Below, one piece after another: positions 8,773 to 17,728 of a stretch of DNA of 64,000 nucleotides. Every line of letters begins with the position of its first letter. Position 1 is the first letter of the stretch. The notes below the pieces were generated by a model. The model was not told where the DNA came from. It saw only the letters and a list, made by a program, of their open reading frames with translations, and searched no databases. Made by a program: the position numbers and the translations under genes. The stretch comes from Patescibacteria group bacterium (GTDB lineage Bacteria; Patescibacteriota; Minisyncoccia; Minisyncoccales; RBG-13-36-15), in the NCBI GenBank assembly GCA_022574775.1, contig JACZRI010000002.1:10303-74302 (forward strand), read 5' to 3'.

Positions 8773-10146
8773 ATGACAAAAAAAACAAGATTTATTTTAT
8801 TTTCCTTTTTAGTAATTTTGTTTCTTTTGATTGCGCCAACAATTATTTTTTATTCCCAAGGCTATCGTTTTAACTTTGATGAAAAAAAAATTGTTCGCAC
8901 TGGCGGGGTTTATCTCAAAGTCCAGCCCAGAGGAGCTCAGATTTATATTGATGGCAAATTGGTAAAAAAAACTGATTTTCTATTCGGGCAAGCCCTCATT
9001 GACAATCTTCTGCCAAATAAACATAAGATAGAGGTCAAAAAAAGCGGATATTTTCCCTGGATGAAAAATTTGGCAGTTCAGGAACAATGGGTTACTGAAA
9101 CGAAAAATATTTTTTTAGTATTGCAAAATCCAAAGTTTAATATCTTAAATAACGAGGTAAAAGATTTTTTCTTCTCACCTGATCTCAAAAAAATACTCCT
9201 CAAAAAAGAGAGTAAAAAAGGCTGGTCTTTAAATTTGCTAAATTTAGAAAAAAATACTGAAGCCGTACTTCTTAACGAAAAAGAGGCTGGGGAAAATCTT
9301 GAGTTTTATACCATACAATGGTCGGATGATTCAAAAAAAATTCTATTAAATTTAACAAACGAAGAGTACGTTATCTTTGACGCAGATGAAGAAAAACTAA
9401 CTTCCTTGGATTTCTTGGGAAGGATTAATCAAGTTTTTTTTGATCCAAAAAATTCCCAAAAAATATTTTTTGTTCAGGATATAGCAAAAAAAAATAATCT
9501 CTTTTCAACGAACTACCTTAAAAGGGAAACCTTAAGACCTATCTTAAAAGATTTCGTTACATATCAAGTCGCAAATAATAATTTTTTCTGGCTGGAAAAA
9601 AGTGGGATTTTTTACATATCAAATTCAGCCGGAGAAAAAATTGACACTCTTAACTTGGATCCAATTCATATTAAACCAGAATCCCAATATCAATTAATTG
9701 TAATTTCTCCTGGAAAGATTTTTTTGAAAGAAGGAAATATTCTTTATTACCTTAACCAAGATAAAAAAATTCTTGAAAAGATTTCAGAGGGAATTAAGGA
9801 AACGAAAACTTCTCCTGATTTTAAAAAAATGGCCTATTTTACAGATTATGAAATTTGGATTATATTTTTGGAAAAGATTACCAGTCAGCCGCAAAAAGAA
9901 AAAGGAGAAAAATTATTTTTAACCCGTTTTTCAGAAAAAATCGGAGATGTCTTCTGGTGGACCTCTCACTATTTAGTTTTTAATGTAGGTAATAGTATAA
10001 ATATTATAGAGATTGACGAAAGAGACAATATAAATATGTACACATTAGCTGAATTCCCCACTCCTAAAATCTTCTGGAACAAAGATAACAAAATCTTATA
10101 TATTCTTAGTAATGGAAACTTATATTTCTCCCAAAAACTCTATTAA
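8773..10146 (+). CDS. membrane-anchored PEGA-domain protein
   Basis: 457-aa ORF with an N-terminal TM helix and a PEGA-like segment (GAQIYIDGKLV...HKIEVKKSGYFPW). The rest is repetitive and beta-rich. Confidence 0.7.
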   Translation: MTKKTRFILFSFLVILFLLIAPTIIFYSQGYRFNFDEKKIVRTGGVYLKVQPRGAQIYIDGKLVKKTDFLFGQALIDNLLPNKHKIEVKKSGYFPWMKNLAVQEQWVTETKNIFLVLQNPKFNILNNEVKDFFFSPDLKKILLKKESKKGWSLNLLNLEKNTEAVLLNEKEAGENLEFYTIQWSDDSKKILLNLTNEEYVIFDADEEKLTSLDFLGRINQVFFDPKNSQKIFFVQDIAKKNNLFSTNYLKRETLRPILKDFVTYQVANNNFFWLEKSGIFYISNSAGEKIDTLNLDPIHIKPESQYQLIVISPGKIFLKEGNILYYLNQDKKILEKISEGIKETKTSPDFKKMAYFTDYEIWIIFLEKITSQPQKEKGEKLFLTRFSEKIGDVFWWTSHYLVFNVGNSINIIEIDERDNINMYTLAEFPTPKIFWNKDNKILYILSNGNLYFSQKLY

Positions 10147-10215
10147 CTAGCAAATTTTACGAGGCTACAAATACTTACTAGGCACAACCTCGTAAGATTT
10201 ACGTTTTTATCTCTC

Positions 10216-10252
10216 AAAAAAAAACAGCTGTGTAATCTAGCTGCTTTTCTTT
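10216..10252. terminator. possible bidirectional terminator between convergent genes
   Basis: A-run, short CAGCT/AGCTG stem, then T-run. Lies between the PEGA gene (+) and rpsI (-). Confidence 0.45.
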
Positions 10253-10288
10253 AACGTTGTTACCCCAATTTCAGAAAAGATAATTTCA

Positions 10289-10807
10289 TTATCTTTTCTT
10301 CCACTGAGGGGCACGGCGGGCGCGTTTTAAACCAAATTTTTTCCTTTCCCGCATCCTGGGATCCCGGGTTAAATAGCCTGATTTTTTTAATCTGACTCTG
10401 AAATCAGGATTGAATTTCACAAGAGCTCTTGCTATTCCATGGCGCAAAGCTTCAGCCTGGGCGCTTAGTCCTCCTCCCTTCACTTTAGATACCACTCGAA
10501 AGCGTTCTAAAGAATTCATTTTCTTTAAAGAAGCTACAACCGTTTGCCAAAACTTAATATCTGAAAAATACTTCTGATAAGGCTTCTCATTAACCAAAAC
10601 TTCTTTTTCTCCTTGGGTAAAAAGACGAACCCGAGCTACAGCAGTCTTTCTTCTTCCAACTGCCTCCCAGTATCTATCTGGCTTATATTTAAGCTTCTCA
10701 ACCTTCGGCTTGACTTTTGTTGTCTTTATCTTCTCCAATCTTTTTTCCTTTTTCGGCTTCTTTTCCTTCGCCTTTTTTTTAGTTTTTTTAGTTGCTGTTT
10801 TTTTCAT
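10289..10807 (-). CDS. rpsI: 30S ribosomal protein S9 with Lys-rich N-terminal extension
   Basis: S9-like C-terminal two thirds (...GGGLSAQAEALRHGIARAL...RDPRMRERKKFG..KARRAPQWKKR). Start trimmed to ATG 10807. Confidence 0.93.
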   Translation of the reverse strand: MKKTATKKTKKKAKEKKPKKEKRLEKIKTTKVKPKVEKLKYKPDRYWEAVGRRKTAVARVRLFTQGEKEVLVNEKPYQKYFSDIKFWQTVVASLKKMNSLERFRVVSKVKGGGLSAQAEALRHGIARALVKFNPDFRVRLKKSGYLTRDPRMRERKKFGLKRARRAPQWKKR

Positions 10808-10991
10808 AGACGCGACACAAATATACGACGTAAAGTCGCGTGGCGACCACGTCGCTTTACGCAAATTACACACGAATGACATGAATACCCCTTGGGAATC
10901 ACACTAATAGGCTAATTTCATGAACGAGTCTGACTCGACAAATATATTATTAGTGAAATTGGTGTTCTATTACTAGTGAATCAGTGTTTGG

Positions 10992-11339
10992 TTACTTAAA
11001 TATAAGTTTTTTTATTATTTTTGCTCTTAATTTATTCTTAGGAAGCATTCCGTAAACCGCCATTCTTAATAAATCTCCCGGTTCCTTATCAAAAATCTTT
11101 TTCATAGGAATTGCCTTCAATCCTCCTAAATAACCAGAGTGATGATAATAAATTTTCTTCTCCATTTTTTTACCAGTAAATTTTATCTTTTCAGCGTTTT
11201 TTACTACCACAAAATCACCCATATCTTTATACGGGAAAAAATCAGGCCTATGCTTGCCGCGTAAAAGAACCGCTATTTCAACGGCTAGCCTCCCAAGCAC
11301 CTTATCAGTAGCATCAATTGTATGAGTCTCCCTTTTCAT
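10992..11339 (-). CDS. rplM: 50S ribosomal protein L13
   Basis: 115-aa ORF with L13 pattern (VLGRLAVEIA..LRGKH...VVV.NAEKI..TGKK...K.YY.HSGY.GG). Confidence 0.93.
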   Translation of the reverse strand: MKRETHTIDATDKVLGRLAVEIAVLLRGKHRPDFFPYKDMGDFVVVKNAEKIKFTGKKMEKKIYYHHSGYLGGLKAIPMKKIFDKEPGDLLRMAVYGMLPKNKLRAKIIKKLIFK

Positions 11340-11412
11340 TCAAACATCTAAACATCTTAACATTTAAACATTTTTATGTTCATATACTTAAATGTTTGTG
11401 TGCTAAAATGAT
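11340..11412. repeat. CATYTAAA / TTTAAATG-type word hairpin (rplM-rplQ spacer)
   Basis: CATCTAAACATCTTAACATTTAAACAT ... CTTAAATGTTTGTGTGCTAAAATG. Confidence 0.85.
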
Positions 11413-11763
11413 TTACTCTATTAATTCTATTATTGCCATTTTTGCTCCGTCACTTTTTCTAGGACCCAACTTAATTATGCGGGTATACCCACCCTTTCTT
11501 CCTTTATATTTTGGAGCCAGGTCTTCAATTAATTTTTTAACTATTTTGGAAGAAAAAAATCTTAATAATAATCTGCGTGAATGCAAATCTCCTTTTTTAG
11601 CCCTCGTGATAGACTTCTCAACAAAACCCTTAACCTCTTTTGCTTTTGCGGTTGTAGTCTTTATCTTCTCTTTTAAAAAAATTTCGCTTGCCAGACTTTT
11701 TAAAAGAGCTCTTCGTTGATCTCGTTCTCTGCCTAATTTTCGCCCTTTCTTGCGTTTACGCAT
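11413..11763 (-). CDS. rplQ: 50S ribosomal protein L17
   Basis: 116-aa ORF with L17 pattern (GRKLGR..DQRRALL..L...I.....I.TT..KAKE...GGYTRI). Confidence 0.93.
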   Translation of the reverse strand: MRKRKKGRKLGRERDQRRALLKSLASEIFLKEKIKTTTAKAKEVKGFVEKSITRAKKGDLHSRRLLLRFFSSKIVKKLIEDLAPKYKGRKGGYTRIIKLGPRKSDGAKMAIIELIE

Positions 11764-11840
11764 ATTATTATTTTAACATCTTAGCATTTAAATATTTTAA
11801 CACTCCGACTGATTCTTATGTTTATATGTTTAGATAAGTT

Positions 11841-12773
11841 TTATTTAAATTCTAGCCCTAATTTTTTCAAGGTTTTTTTAATTTCCTTCATTCCTTTTTC
11901 TCCCATTCCTTCTAATGCTAAAAGACTTTTTTCATCTTTTTTTATGATTCCCCCTACTGTTTTTATATTACTGCTTAATAGTGCTTTTTTGGTTCTGGCA
12001 GAAAACTTTAAATCTTCAACCTTATTTTTTGTTAAGTCATCCGTAGACTTAATTCTTTTTTCTTTTTTGGTATCGGTTTTAGTAATGGAAGGTTTAAAAC
12101 TTTCAGAAAAGATTAAAAAATGGTTGACTAAAATTTCTGATGCCTGGGAAAAAGCTTCTTCTGGAGAAATTGTACCATCTGTCTCAATTTCCATCCTCAG
12201 TCTATCAAAATCAGTTCTATCCCCAACTCGCATATTCTCAACGCGATAGTTGACTTTTTTAATTGGGCCAAAGATACTATCTAAAAGAATTACTCCGATT
12301 CTTGTCTTCTCTTTTTTTCTTCTCTCTACCGGTTCGTACCCTAACCCTTTTTCAATCTGGACCTCCATCTCCAATGAAGCTATCTTTGTTGTCAAAGTAG
12401 CTAAATGCTCATCTTTATTTACTAACTCAACCTGGGAAGATAATTTAAAATCAGAACCTTTAACCTCCTTCTCGCCTTTAATCTTCAGGGTTGCTGTCTG
12501 AGGCTCTGATGCAAAGAATTTGAACCTAAGCTGCTTTAATTTCAGCAAAATGCTAATCACGTCTTCTGAAACTCCTGGAATCGTTGAAAATTCATGTTGA
12601 ACCCCTTTAATCTTAACTTGCGTAATTGCAGCTCCAGGCAACGAAGAAAGTAAAACTCTTCTTAAAGAATTACCGATAGTTACCCCATATCCCAGGTAAA
12701 GAGCTTCTATTTCAAAAACTGCAAAATTGCCTTTTTTTTCAATGATTTTTGGCTTTAATGGCAAGGTTAACAT
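11841..12773 (-). CDS. rpoA: DNA-directed RNA polymerase alpha subunit
   Basis: RpoA NTD pattern (GYGVTIGNSLRRVLLSSLPGAAI) plus an alpha-CTD-like end. Start trimmed to ATG 12773. Confidence 0.93.
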   Translation of the reverse strand: MLTLPLKPKIIEKKGNFAVFEIEALYLGYGVTIGNSLRRVLLSSLPGAAITQVKIKGVQHEFSTIPGVSEDVISILLKLKQLRFKFFASEPQTATLKIKGEKEVKGSDFKLSSQVELVNKDEHLATLTTKIASLEMEVQIEKGLGYEPVERRKKEKTRIGVILLDSIFGPIKKVNYRVENMRVGDRTDFDRLRMEIETDGTISPEEAFSQASEILVNHFLIFSESFKPSITKTDTKKEKRIKSTDDLTKNKVEDLKFSARTKKALLSSNIKTVGGIIKKDEKSLLALEGMGEKGMKEIKKTLKKLGLEFK

Positions 12774-12984
12774 AAAAATCGATGCTAATATGCGAATCAA
12801 TACTAATTATACTGATTTAGAATTCATTCGCATTATTCGTATGTATTAGCCCCAGAACCAATCCTCACTTCGTTCGGATGGTACGGGGCAAGCATAATTA
12901 TAGGTTAACTTGTTTGGAGCTTCCTATGCCCGCCCTGTACTTCCCGACTTGTCGGGATAGTACCGGGGTATATTGGTATCGCGT

Positions 12985-13521
12985 TTATCGTGAATAAAAT
13001 TCGAAGATTGCTGGAATTTCAATTGGTAAAGAGACCTCTTCTACTGAAGGCACGCCAACAACTTTTCCTTCTAATTTCTCTTTATCTAACTCTAACCAAG
13101 AGGGCGGCTCATGTTTTTTAAGAATCATTAAAAGATTCTGAAAAATCTTTTTTTGCAATTTTTTAGGAAGAATAGTAATTTTATCGTCTTTCTTTACTTG
13201 ATAAGACGGAATGTTCACTTTTTCTTCATTCACTAAAAAATGTCCGTGATTGACTAGTTGACGCGCCTGGACGCGAGTTTTTGCAAAACCCAACCGGAAA
13301 ACAACATTGTCCAAACGGTTTTCTAATCTTTTAACCAAAAGCGTGGTAGGATCTTCAACCATTCTTCTTTTTCTTAAAACCTCTTTAACATATTTTCTGA
13401 ACTGGGCTTCTCTCAAATTATACAACTTTTTTAGTTTTTGTTTTTCTTTTAATTCTTTACCGTATTCAGATAAAGGAGCAGGTCTTCTTTTCTGTCCTTG
13501 TGAACTAGTGAATCGTGCCAC
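12985..13521 (-). CDS. rpsD: 30S ribosomal protein S4
   Basis: 178-aa GTG-start ORF with an S4 pattern and an S4 RNA-binding domain (RLDNVVFRLGFA.TR.QARQLV.HGH). Confidence 0.95.
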   Translation of the reverse strand: MARFTSSQGQKRRPAPLSEYGKELKEKQKLKKLYNLREAQFRKYVKEVLRKRRMVEDPTTLLVKRLENRLDNVVFRLGFAKTRVQARQLVNHGHFLVNEEKVNIPSYQVKKDDKITILPKKLQKKIFQNLLMILKKHEPPSWLELDKEKLEGKVVGVPSVEEVSLPIEIPAIFEFYSR

Positions 13522-13607
13522 TTATTGAAGTCTGAAGTATGAAGTCTGAAGATCTGAAGAATTTATAAAATTTCCTTCGTTTCTTCGCACTTTTTACTTC
13601 GTACTTT
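13522..13607. repeat. 86-nt word-hairpin spacer (GAAGTCT / CTTCGTA arms), copy 1 (rpsK-rpsD)
   Basis: Fills the spacer exactly from stop to GTG start. 85/86 identical to 14061-14146. Confidence 0.95.
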
Positions 13608-14060
13608 TTACACTCTTCTAACCTTAGGTGGTCGGCATCCGTTATGTGGAATAGGAGTTATGTCTTTAATAACTAAGATATCTAATCCTCTTGCAGCCAA
13701 AGACCTAATTGCTGACTCTCGGCCAGATCCTATACCTTTTACCAAAACCTCAATTCTTTCCACTCCCAATTTTTTGGCTTTCTGGACAATTCCTTCGGCT
13801 ACCTTTGATGCCGCAAAAGGAGTAGCTTTTTTTGTTCCCCTAAAGCCGATGTTGCCAGCTGAACTCCAAGCCAAAACCCTTCCCTGTAGATCGGTCAAAG
13901 TACAGATAGTGTTATTATAGCTTGTAGAAATATAAACTCTGCCTTCTTTAATCTTTTGCGAAGGCTTTATTTTAGCTTCTTTTTTAAGAGTTTGTTCAAT
14001 TTTCTCTCTTTCTTGAAGCAATTCCTCTTCAGTTTTCTCAACAATGCGTTTTTTACCCAC
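13608..14060 (-). CDS. rpsK: 30S ribosomal protein S11
   Basis: 150-aa GTG-start ORF with S11 core (NNTI.TLTD..G..L.W.S.G..GF.G.KK.TPFAA). Confidence 0.95.
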   Translation of the reverse strand: MGKKRIVEKTEEELLQEREKIEQTLKKEAKIKPSQKIKEGRVYISTSYNNTICTLTDLQGRVLAWSSAGNIGFRGTKKATPFAASKVAEGIVQKAKKLGVERIEVLVKGIGSGRESAIRSLAARGLDILVIKDITPIPHNGCRPPKVRRV

Positions 14061-14146
14061 TTATTGAAGCCTGAAGTATGAAGTCTGAAGATCTGAAGAA
14101 TTTATAAAATTTCCTTCGTTTCTTCGCACTTTTTACTTCGTACTTT
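14061..14146. repeat. 86-nt word-hairpin spacer, copy 2 (rpsM-rpsK)
   Basis: 85/86 identical to 13522-13607, and the flanking stop (TAA) and start (GTG) codons also match. Confidence 0.95.
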
Positions 14147-14536
14147 TTAGGTTGGCGCTGGTGGTAGCTTTCTTCCAGAACCTACGGTTTTGCGAACATT
14201 TCCGCGAACAGTTCTGTTGTTCGTTTTAGTTCTTTGTCCTCTTACTGGCAATCCTTTTATATGGCGAATTCCTCTCCAAGAACCAATATCTTTTAATCTT
14301 TTAATATTCACAATCTGTTCTCTGCGTAATTCTCCTTCAATTTTATAATTTTTTTCAATAACCTCTTTAAGTTGATTGACTTCAGCTGGAGTAAGCTGAA
14401 AAGCCCTTTTTGCGCGGTCAATTTTCGCTATAGTCAAAATCTTCCTACTCAAAGGTAAACCTACTCCGTAAATATAGGTTAAGGCAACTTCTATTTGTTT
14501 TTTTTCAGGGATATTAACCCCAGCAATTCTCGGCAC
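14147..14536 (-). CDS. rpsM: 30S ribosomal protein S13
   Basis: 129-aa GTG-start ORF beginning PRIAGVNIP..K....ALTYIYG.G. Confidence 0.95.
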   Translation of the reverse strand: MPRIAGVNIPEKKQIEVALTYIYGVGLPLSRKILTIAKIDRAKRAFQLTPAEVNQLKEVIEKNYKIEGELRREQIVNIKRLKDIGSWRGIRHIKGLPVRGQRTKTNNRTVRGNVRKTVGSGRKLPPAPT

Positions 14537-14619
14537 TTTAAACTATAGTTAGTAGCTAGTATTTGGTAGCTTGAGAAATCTTAATCCCAAGATACAATCT
14601 ACAAAATACAAGCTGCAAG

Positions 14620-14733
14620 TTAACCTTGCCGCTGTTTATGTTTAGGGTGCTTGCATATCACGTATACCCTTCTTTTCCTTCTAACGATTTTGCAGTCTTT
14701 GCAAATCTTCTTTGTTGATGATCGAACCTTCAC
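14620..14733 (-). CDS. rpmJ: 50S ribosomal protein L36
   Basis: 37-aa ORF absent from the ORF track (GTG start): [36 protein letters not shown]. Zn-binding C/C/C/H form. Confidence 0.9.
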   Translation of the reverse strand: MKVRSSTKKICKDCKIVRRKRRVYVICKHPKHKQRQG

Positions 14734-14815
14734 AAAACATATAAACATCTTAACATTTAAACACAAAATTCAACTCGGCTGTTTAGATGTTTAAATGCTT
14801 AAATATTAAAATAGG
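14734..14815. repeat. same family (rpmJ-infA spacer)
   Basis: AACATCTTAACATTTAAACAC ... GTTTAGATGTTTAAATGCTTAAATATT. Confidence 0.85.
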
Positions 14816-15040
14816 TTATTTGCTTCTATAAACTATTCTTCCTTTACTTTCATCGTACGGTGAAAATTCCACAGTAACCTTGTCTCCGGGTAAAATTCTA
14901 ATTCTGTAAATTCTTAGTTTTCCAGCAAGATGGGCTAAAATTTCACTGCCATCATCTAATCTTACTTTAAAACGAATACTGGGTAAGGACTCAATAACTA
15001 TCCCCTCTTTCCTCAAAACGCTTTTATTTGTATTTTTCAT
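14816..15040 (-). CDS. infA: translation initiation factor IF-1
   Basis: 74-aa ORF with an S1-like fold pattern (G.V.E.LP...F.V.L..G...LAH..GK.R...IRILPGD.V.VE.SPYD..KGRI.YR). Confidence 0.95.
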   Translation of the reverse strand: MKNTNKSVLRKEGIVIESLPSIRFKVRLDDGSEILAHLAGKLRIYRIRILPGDKVTVEFSPYDESKGRIVYRSK

Positions 15041-15226
15041 CTCTATCTAATTATATAAGATAACAAATTGCTTTAATTTAGTCAACCCCGTAGAAGAATT
15101 TCTACAAAAGGTTTTCTAAAAAACCTTAAATCGCAAAGCGAGTCGAAGGGCCAACCCACTTTAATAAATCAACTACGCTTAAAGTAAAAAATGTTAATAA
15201 GTTTATGGAATTTCGAGTGAGCCTCA

Positions 15227-16522
15227 TTAAAACTCTGAGCCTGTCAAACCATCAAGGTTTAACTTAATGTATATTTTTTGAAGATCTTTTGGAATTCTGG
15301 TCAGCCATAATGGAAATAGCTGAACTTCAGCTCTGACAATGTTCGGGTTTCCGTCTAAATTCATTTTACTCTCTCTTAGTGATTTACCAGCAATCTCTTT
15401 CTTTAACAGGTCAGTATCAATCCTGGAATAAATTGTCGCTGAGAAATCTGAATTTAAGGTCATTCTGCCTTCTTCTACATCCACTAACAATGGCTCGTAG
15501 TTGATTGTCAGACTATCTGGCTTTAATGCCATATCTTGAGGAATTTCAGACATAATAAATTCTTTAATAATATCTTCCAAATCCTGTTTTTTAAAAACCA
15601 AGGCATTAAATAAAATCCCGATCTCCACAGTAAAAGACTCTTTCGTCTCCCCTGCTTTTGCTGAAAATATTAGCGATCGCTCTTTTTTTTGAAAAGCCTC
15701 GTCTATAAAAATAAATTCTTCAGAAATTGTATTTTTAAACATATTTTCGGTTTCTCTTTCTATCTTTCCTTTCAAGACTTTAACAGCTGCGTCTAAATCT
15801 TGCTGTGTAACTTGAAGAACTTCTCCTTTGAGGCCCCCTTTCATTTGTTGAAAAGACTTTCCATAAAAAGCAGTATACCTCACAGTGCCTGCGAATCCTG
15901 GAATGGAAAAAGTGGAGGGCCCAATATTATATTCTTTACCAGCCTCTGCAGCTACAACTTCAATATCTAAAAACCCAGGTTGCAGCTTTCCTTTCTCATA
16001 CTTCCCCCCAGGAATAGTTACTTTTTTTATAGATCTAAACAATTTCCCTTCAGCAGAAACAAAACGAGTGTGAATAATTAAGGTTTGTGAATAAGTAGAA
16101 TAGGTATTATAAACTCGGATAACTCCTTCGGATTTTGCTTCTTCTAAACCCTTGCCCGAAGACTGGAATTGTTGAAAAACCACTTTTTCTGAAGAAAATA
16201 TTTTCCCCGGCAGCGTTTTACTTGCAATATCAGGCAGGTCTATTTTAGAAGAAACTTTGAAGCTGGTTTCGAAAACTGTTTCTTGTGTCACCGGCCAGAT
16301 TACAATTACGGTTTTCTGAAAGATAAAGTGAAGCGAAATCCCTCCCAAGAATACGAGTAAAAGAATAAATAAAAAGCTCTTTTTTACTGGAAATCTACCC
16401 GAAGGAGCAATTTCATAAGTTTGTTGAGATTTTTCTTTATACGAAACTCTTGGTTTTTTGGCTAAAACCTCTTTTTGGTATTTTTTAGGAGGAATAATAT
16501 CGAAAAATTTTTGGTTATTCAT
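15227..16522 (-). CDS. hypothetical membrane-anchored protein
   Basis: 431-aa ORF with one N-terminal TM helix. It overlaps the upstream FtsA/PilM-like gene by 8 nt. The last codons (GLTGSEF) lie in a REP-like element. Confidence 0.6.
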   Translation of the reverse strand: MNNQKFFDIIPPKKYQKEVLAKKPRVSYKEKSQQTYEIAPSGRFPVKKSFLFILLLVFLGGISLHFIFQKTVIVIWPVTQETVFETSFKVSSKIDLPDIASKTLPGKIFSSEKVVFQQFQSSGKGLEEAKSEGVIRVYNTYSTYSQTLIIHTRFVSAEGKLFRSIKKVTIPGGKYEKGKLQPGFLDIEVVAAEAGKEYNIGPSTFSIPGFAGTVRYTAFYGKSFQQMKGGLKGEVLQVTQQDLDAAVKVLKGKIERETENMFKNTISEEFIFIDEAFQKKERSLIFSAKAGETKESFTVEIGILFNALVFKKQDLEDIIKEFIMSEIPQDMALKPDSLTINYEPLLVDVEEGRMTLNSDFSATIYSRIDTDLLKKEIAGKSLRESKMNLDGNPNIVRAEVQLFPLWLTRIPKDLQKIYIKLNLDGLTGSEF

Positions 16523-17723
16523 AACAAATTAAAAGGGAAGGGATATTTTGAGGGCTTGTTAGAAGTTTTGCGCTGTCTTCAATGTTTTTTAAATCATTTG
16601 GCAAAAGAAATTTAACTGTTGGTCTTTCTAAAAATGGCAACTCTTCCCAATCCCCTGTACTTAAGATTTCCTGAATTTCTGGCAATAAACTTCCTCCTCC
16701 AAAAATGAAAATACTTGGAGGAAGTATTTCTAAATTTTCTTGAACTTTTCTAAACATAAACTTCAAATCGTTAAACCATTTTTGAGTAGGCTTAGAAAGA
16801 ATCTCTTTTATTCTTTCTCTCACCTGTTCGCTTAAAACTTTCTTTGCATATTTTATTTTGAAATTTTCAGCTTCATTTCTGCTCATTCCAAGAGCCAAAG
16901 AAAGAGTTTTGGAAAAATTATCTCCTCCTCCGTCAAATCCAGAAATCCATTGAGTTTTTCCATTGATAATAATAACTATTTTAGAAATTTCTCCCCCTAC
17001 ATCCAAAAAAATGCCGGATAAATTTTTGTCTCCAATGGCTGAAACTAAATTCTCGGCAGGATCTATTATCCTTAAAATTTCAAAGTCCAAACCTTGAATA
17101 ATTTGTTTAACCTTTTCTAATTCGTATTTTATCAAAAAAGTTGCAATTAATCTAAAGTTCAGATGCCCTCCGGCAAAGCCTACGAGACGAAACACCTCAT
17201 AACCATCAATCTTTATCTCTAAAACCTCAAGATTAAGGAAATGGATATCTTTTGCCAAAATGCCCGTTTTTTGCGTAAACTCTTGAGAAATTGTTTTCTT
17301 GGCTTGAGTTAAAATATTATTTGTTATCGACTCTGCCTCTTTTTTTTGAATTTTTTCTTTTGAATTTTTTCTTTTTAAACTTTTGAAAAAAATCTGGCTT
17401 TTTAAAATATTCGCCGAGAAACTCAAAACTGCATATTTTGGATTTATTTCAGATTCACTTGGAGATACAACTCCTTTTATTGCTTTTAAAAAAGCCTTTT
17501 TTAACACCTCTGTCTCAAAAAAACTGCTATCAAATATACCAAAGGGTTCAAGACGCTGTATGAAAGATTTTAAAATAACAATATTTCCATTAATCAGCCC
17601 TAGTTTTTTATCCAAAAATTTAGGCGGGTTTTTCCTTTCAAAAAGTAAAATTTTAATTGTTGTTGTTCCTAAGTCTATGGCTAAAAAATATTTTTCGCTT
17701 TTTTTAAACTTAAAAATACCCAT
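16515..17723 (-). CDS. FtsA/PilM-like actin-fold ATPase
   Basis: Motifs LAIDLGTTTIK and FLDVGGEISKIV...GGGDNFSK. Start trimmed to ATG 17723 (MGIFKFKK), just after the alaS stop. Confidence 0.7.
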   Translation of the reverse strand: MGIFKFKKSEKYFLAIDLGTTTIKILLFERKNPPKFLDKKLGLINGNIVILKSFIQRLEPFGIFDSSFFETEVLKKAFLKAIKGVVSPSESEINPKYAVLSFSANILKSQIFFKSLKRKNSKEKIQKKEAESITNNILTQAKKTISQEFTQKTGILAKDIHFLNLEVLEIKIDGYEVFRLVGFAGGHLNFRLIATFLIKYELEKVKQIIQGLDFEILRIIDPAENLVSAIGDKNLSGIFLDVGGEISKIVIIINGKTQWISGFDGGGDNFSKTLSLALGMSRNEAENFKIKYAKKVLSEQVRERIKEILSKPTQKWFNDLKFMFRKVQENLEILPPSIFIFGGGSLLPEIQEILSTGDWEELPFLERPTVKFLLPNDLKNIEDSAKLLTSPQNIPSLLICYE

Positions 17724-17728
17724 TGTTT

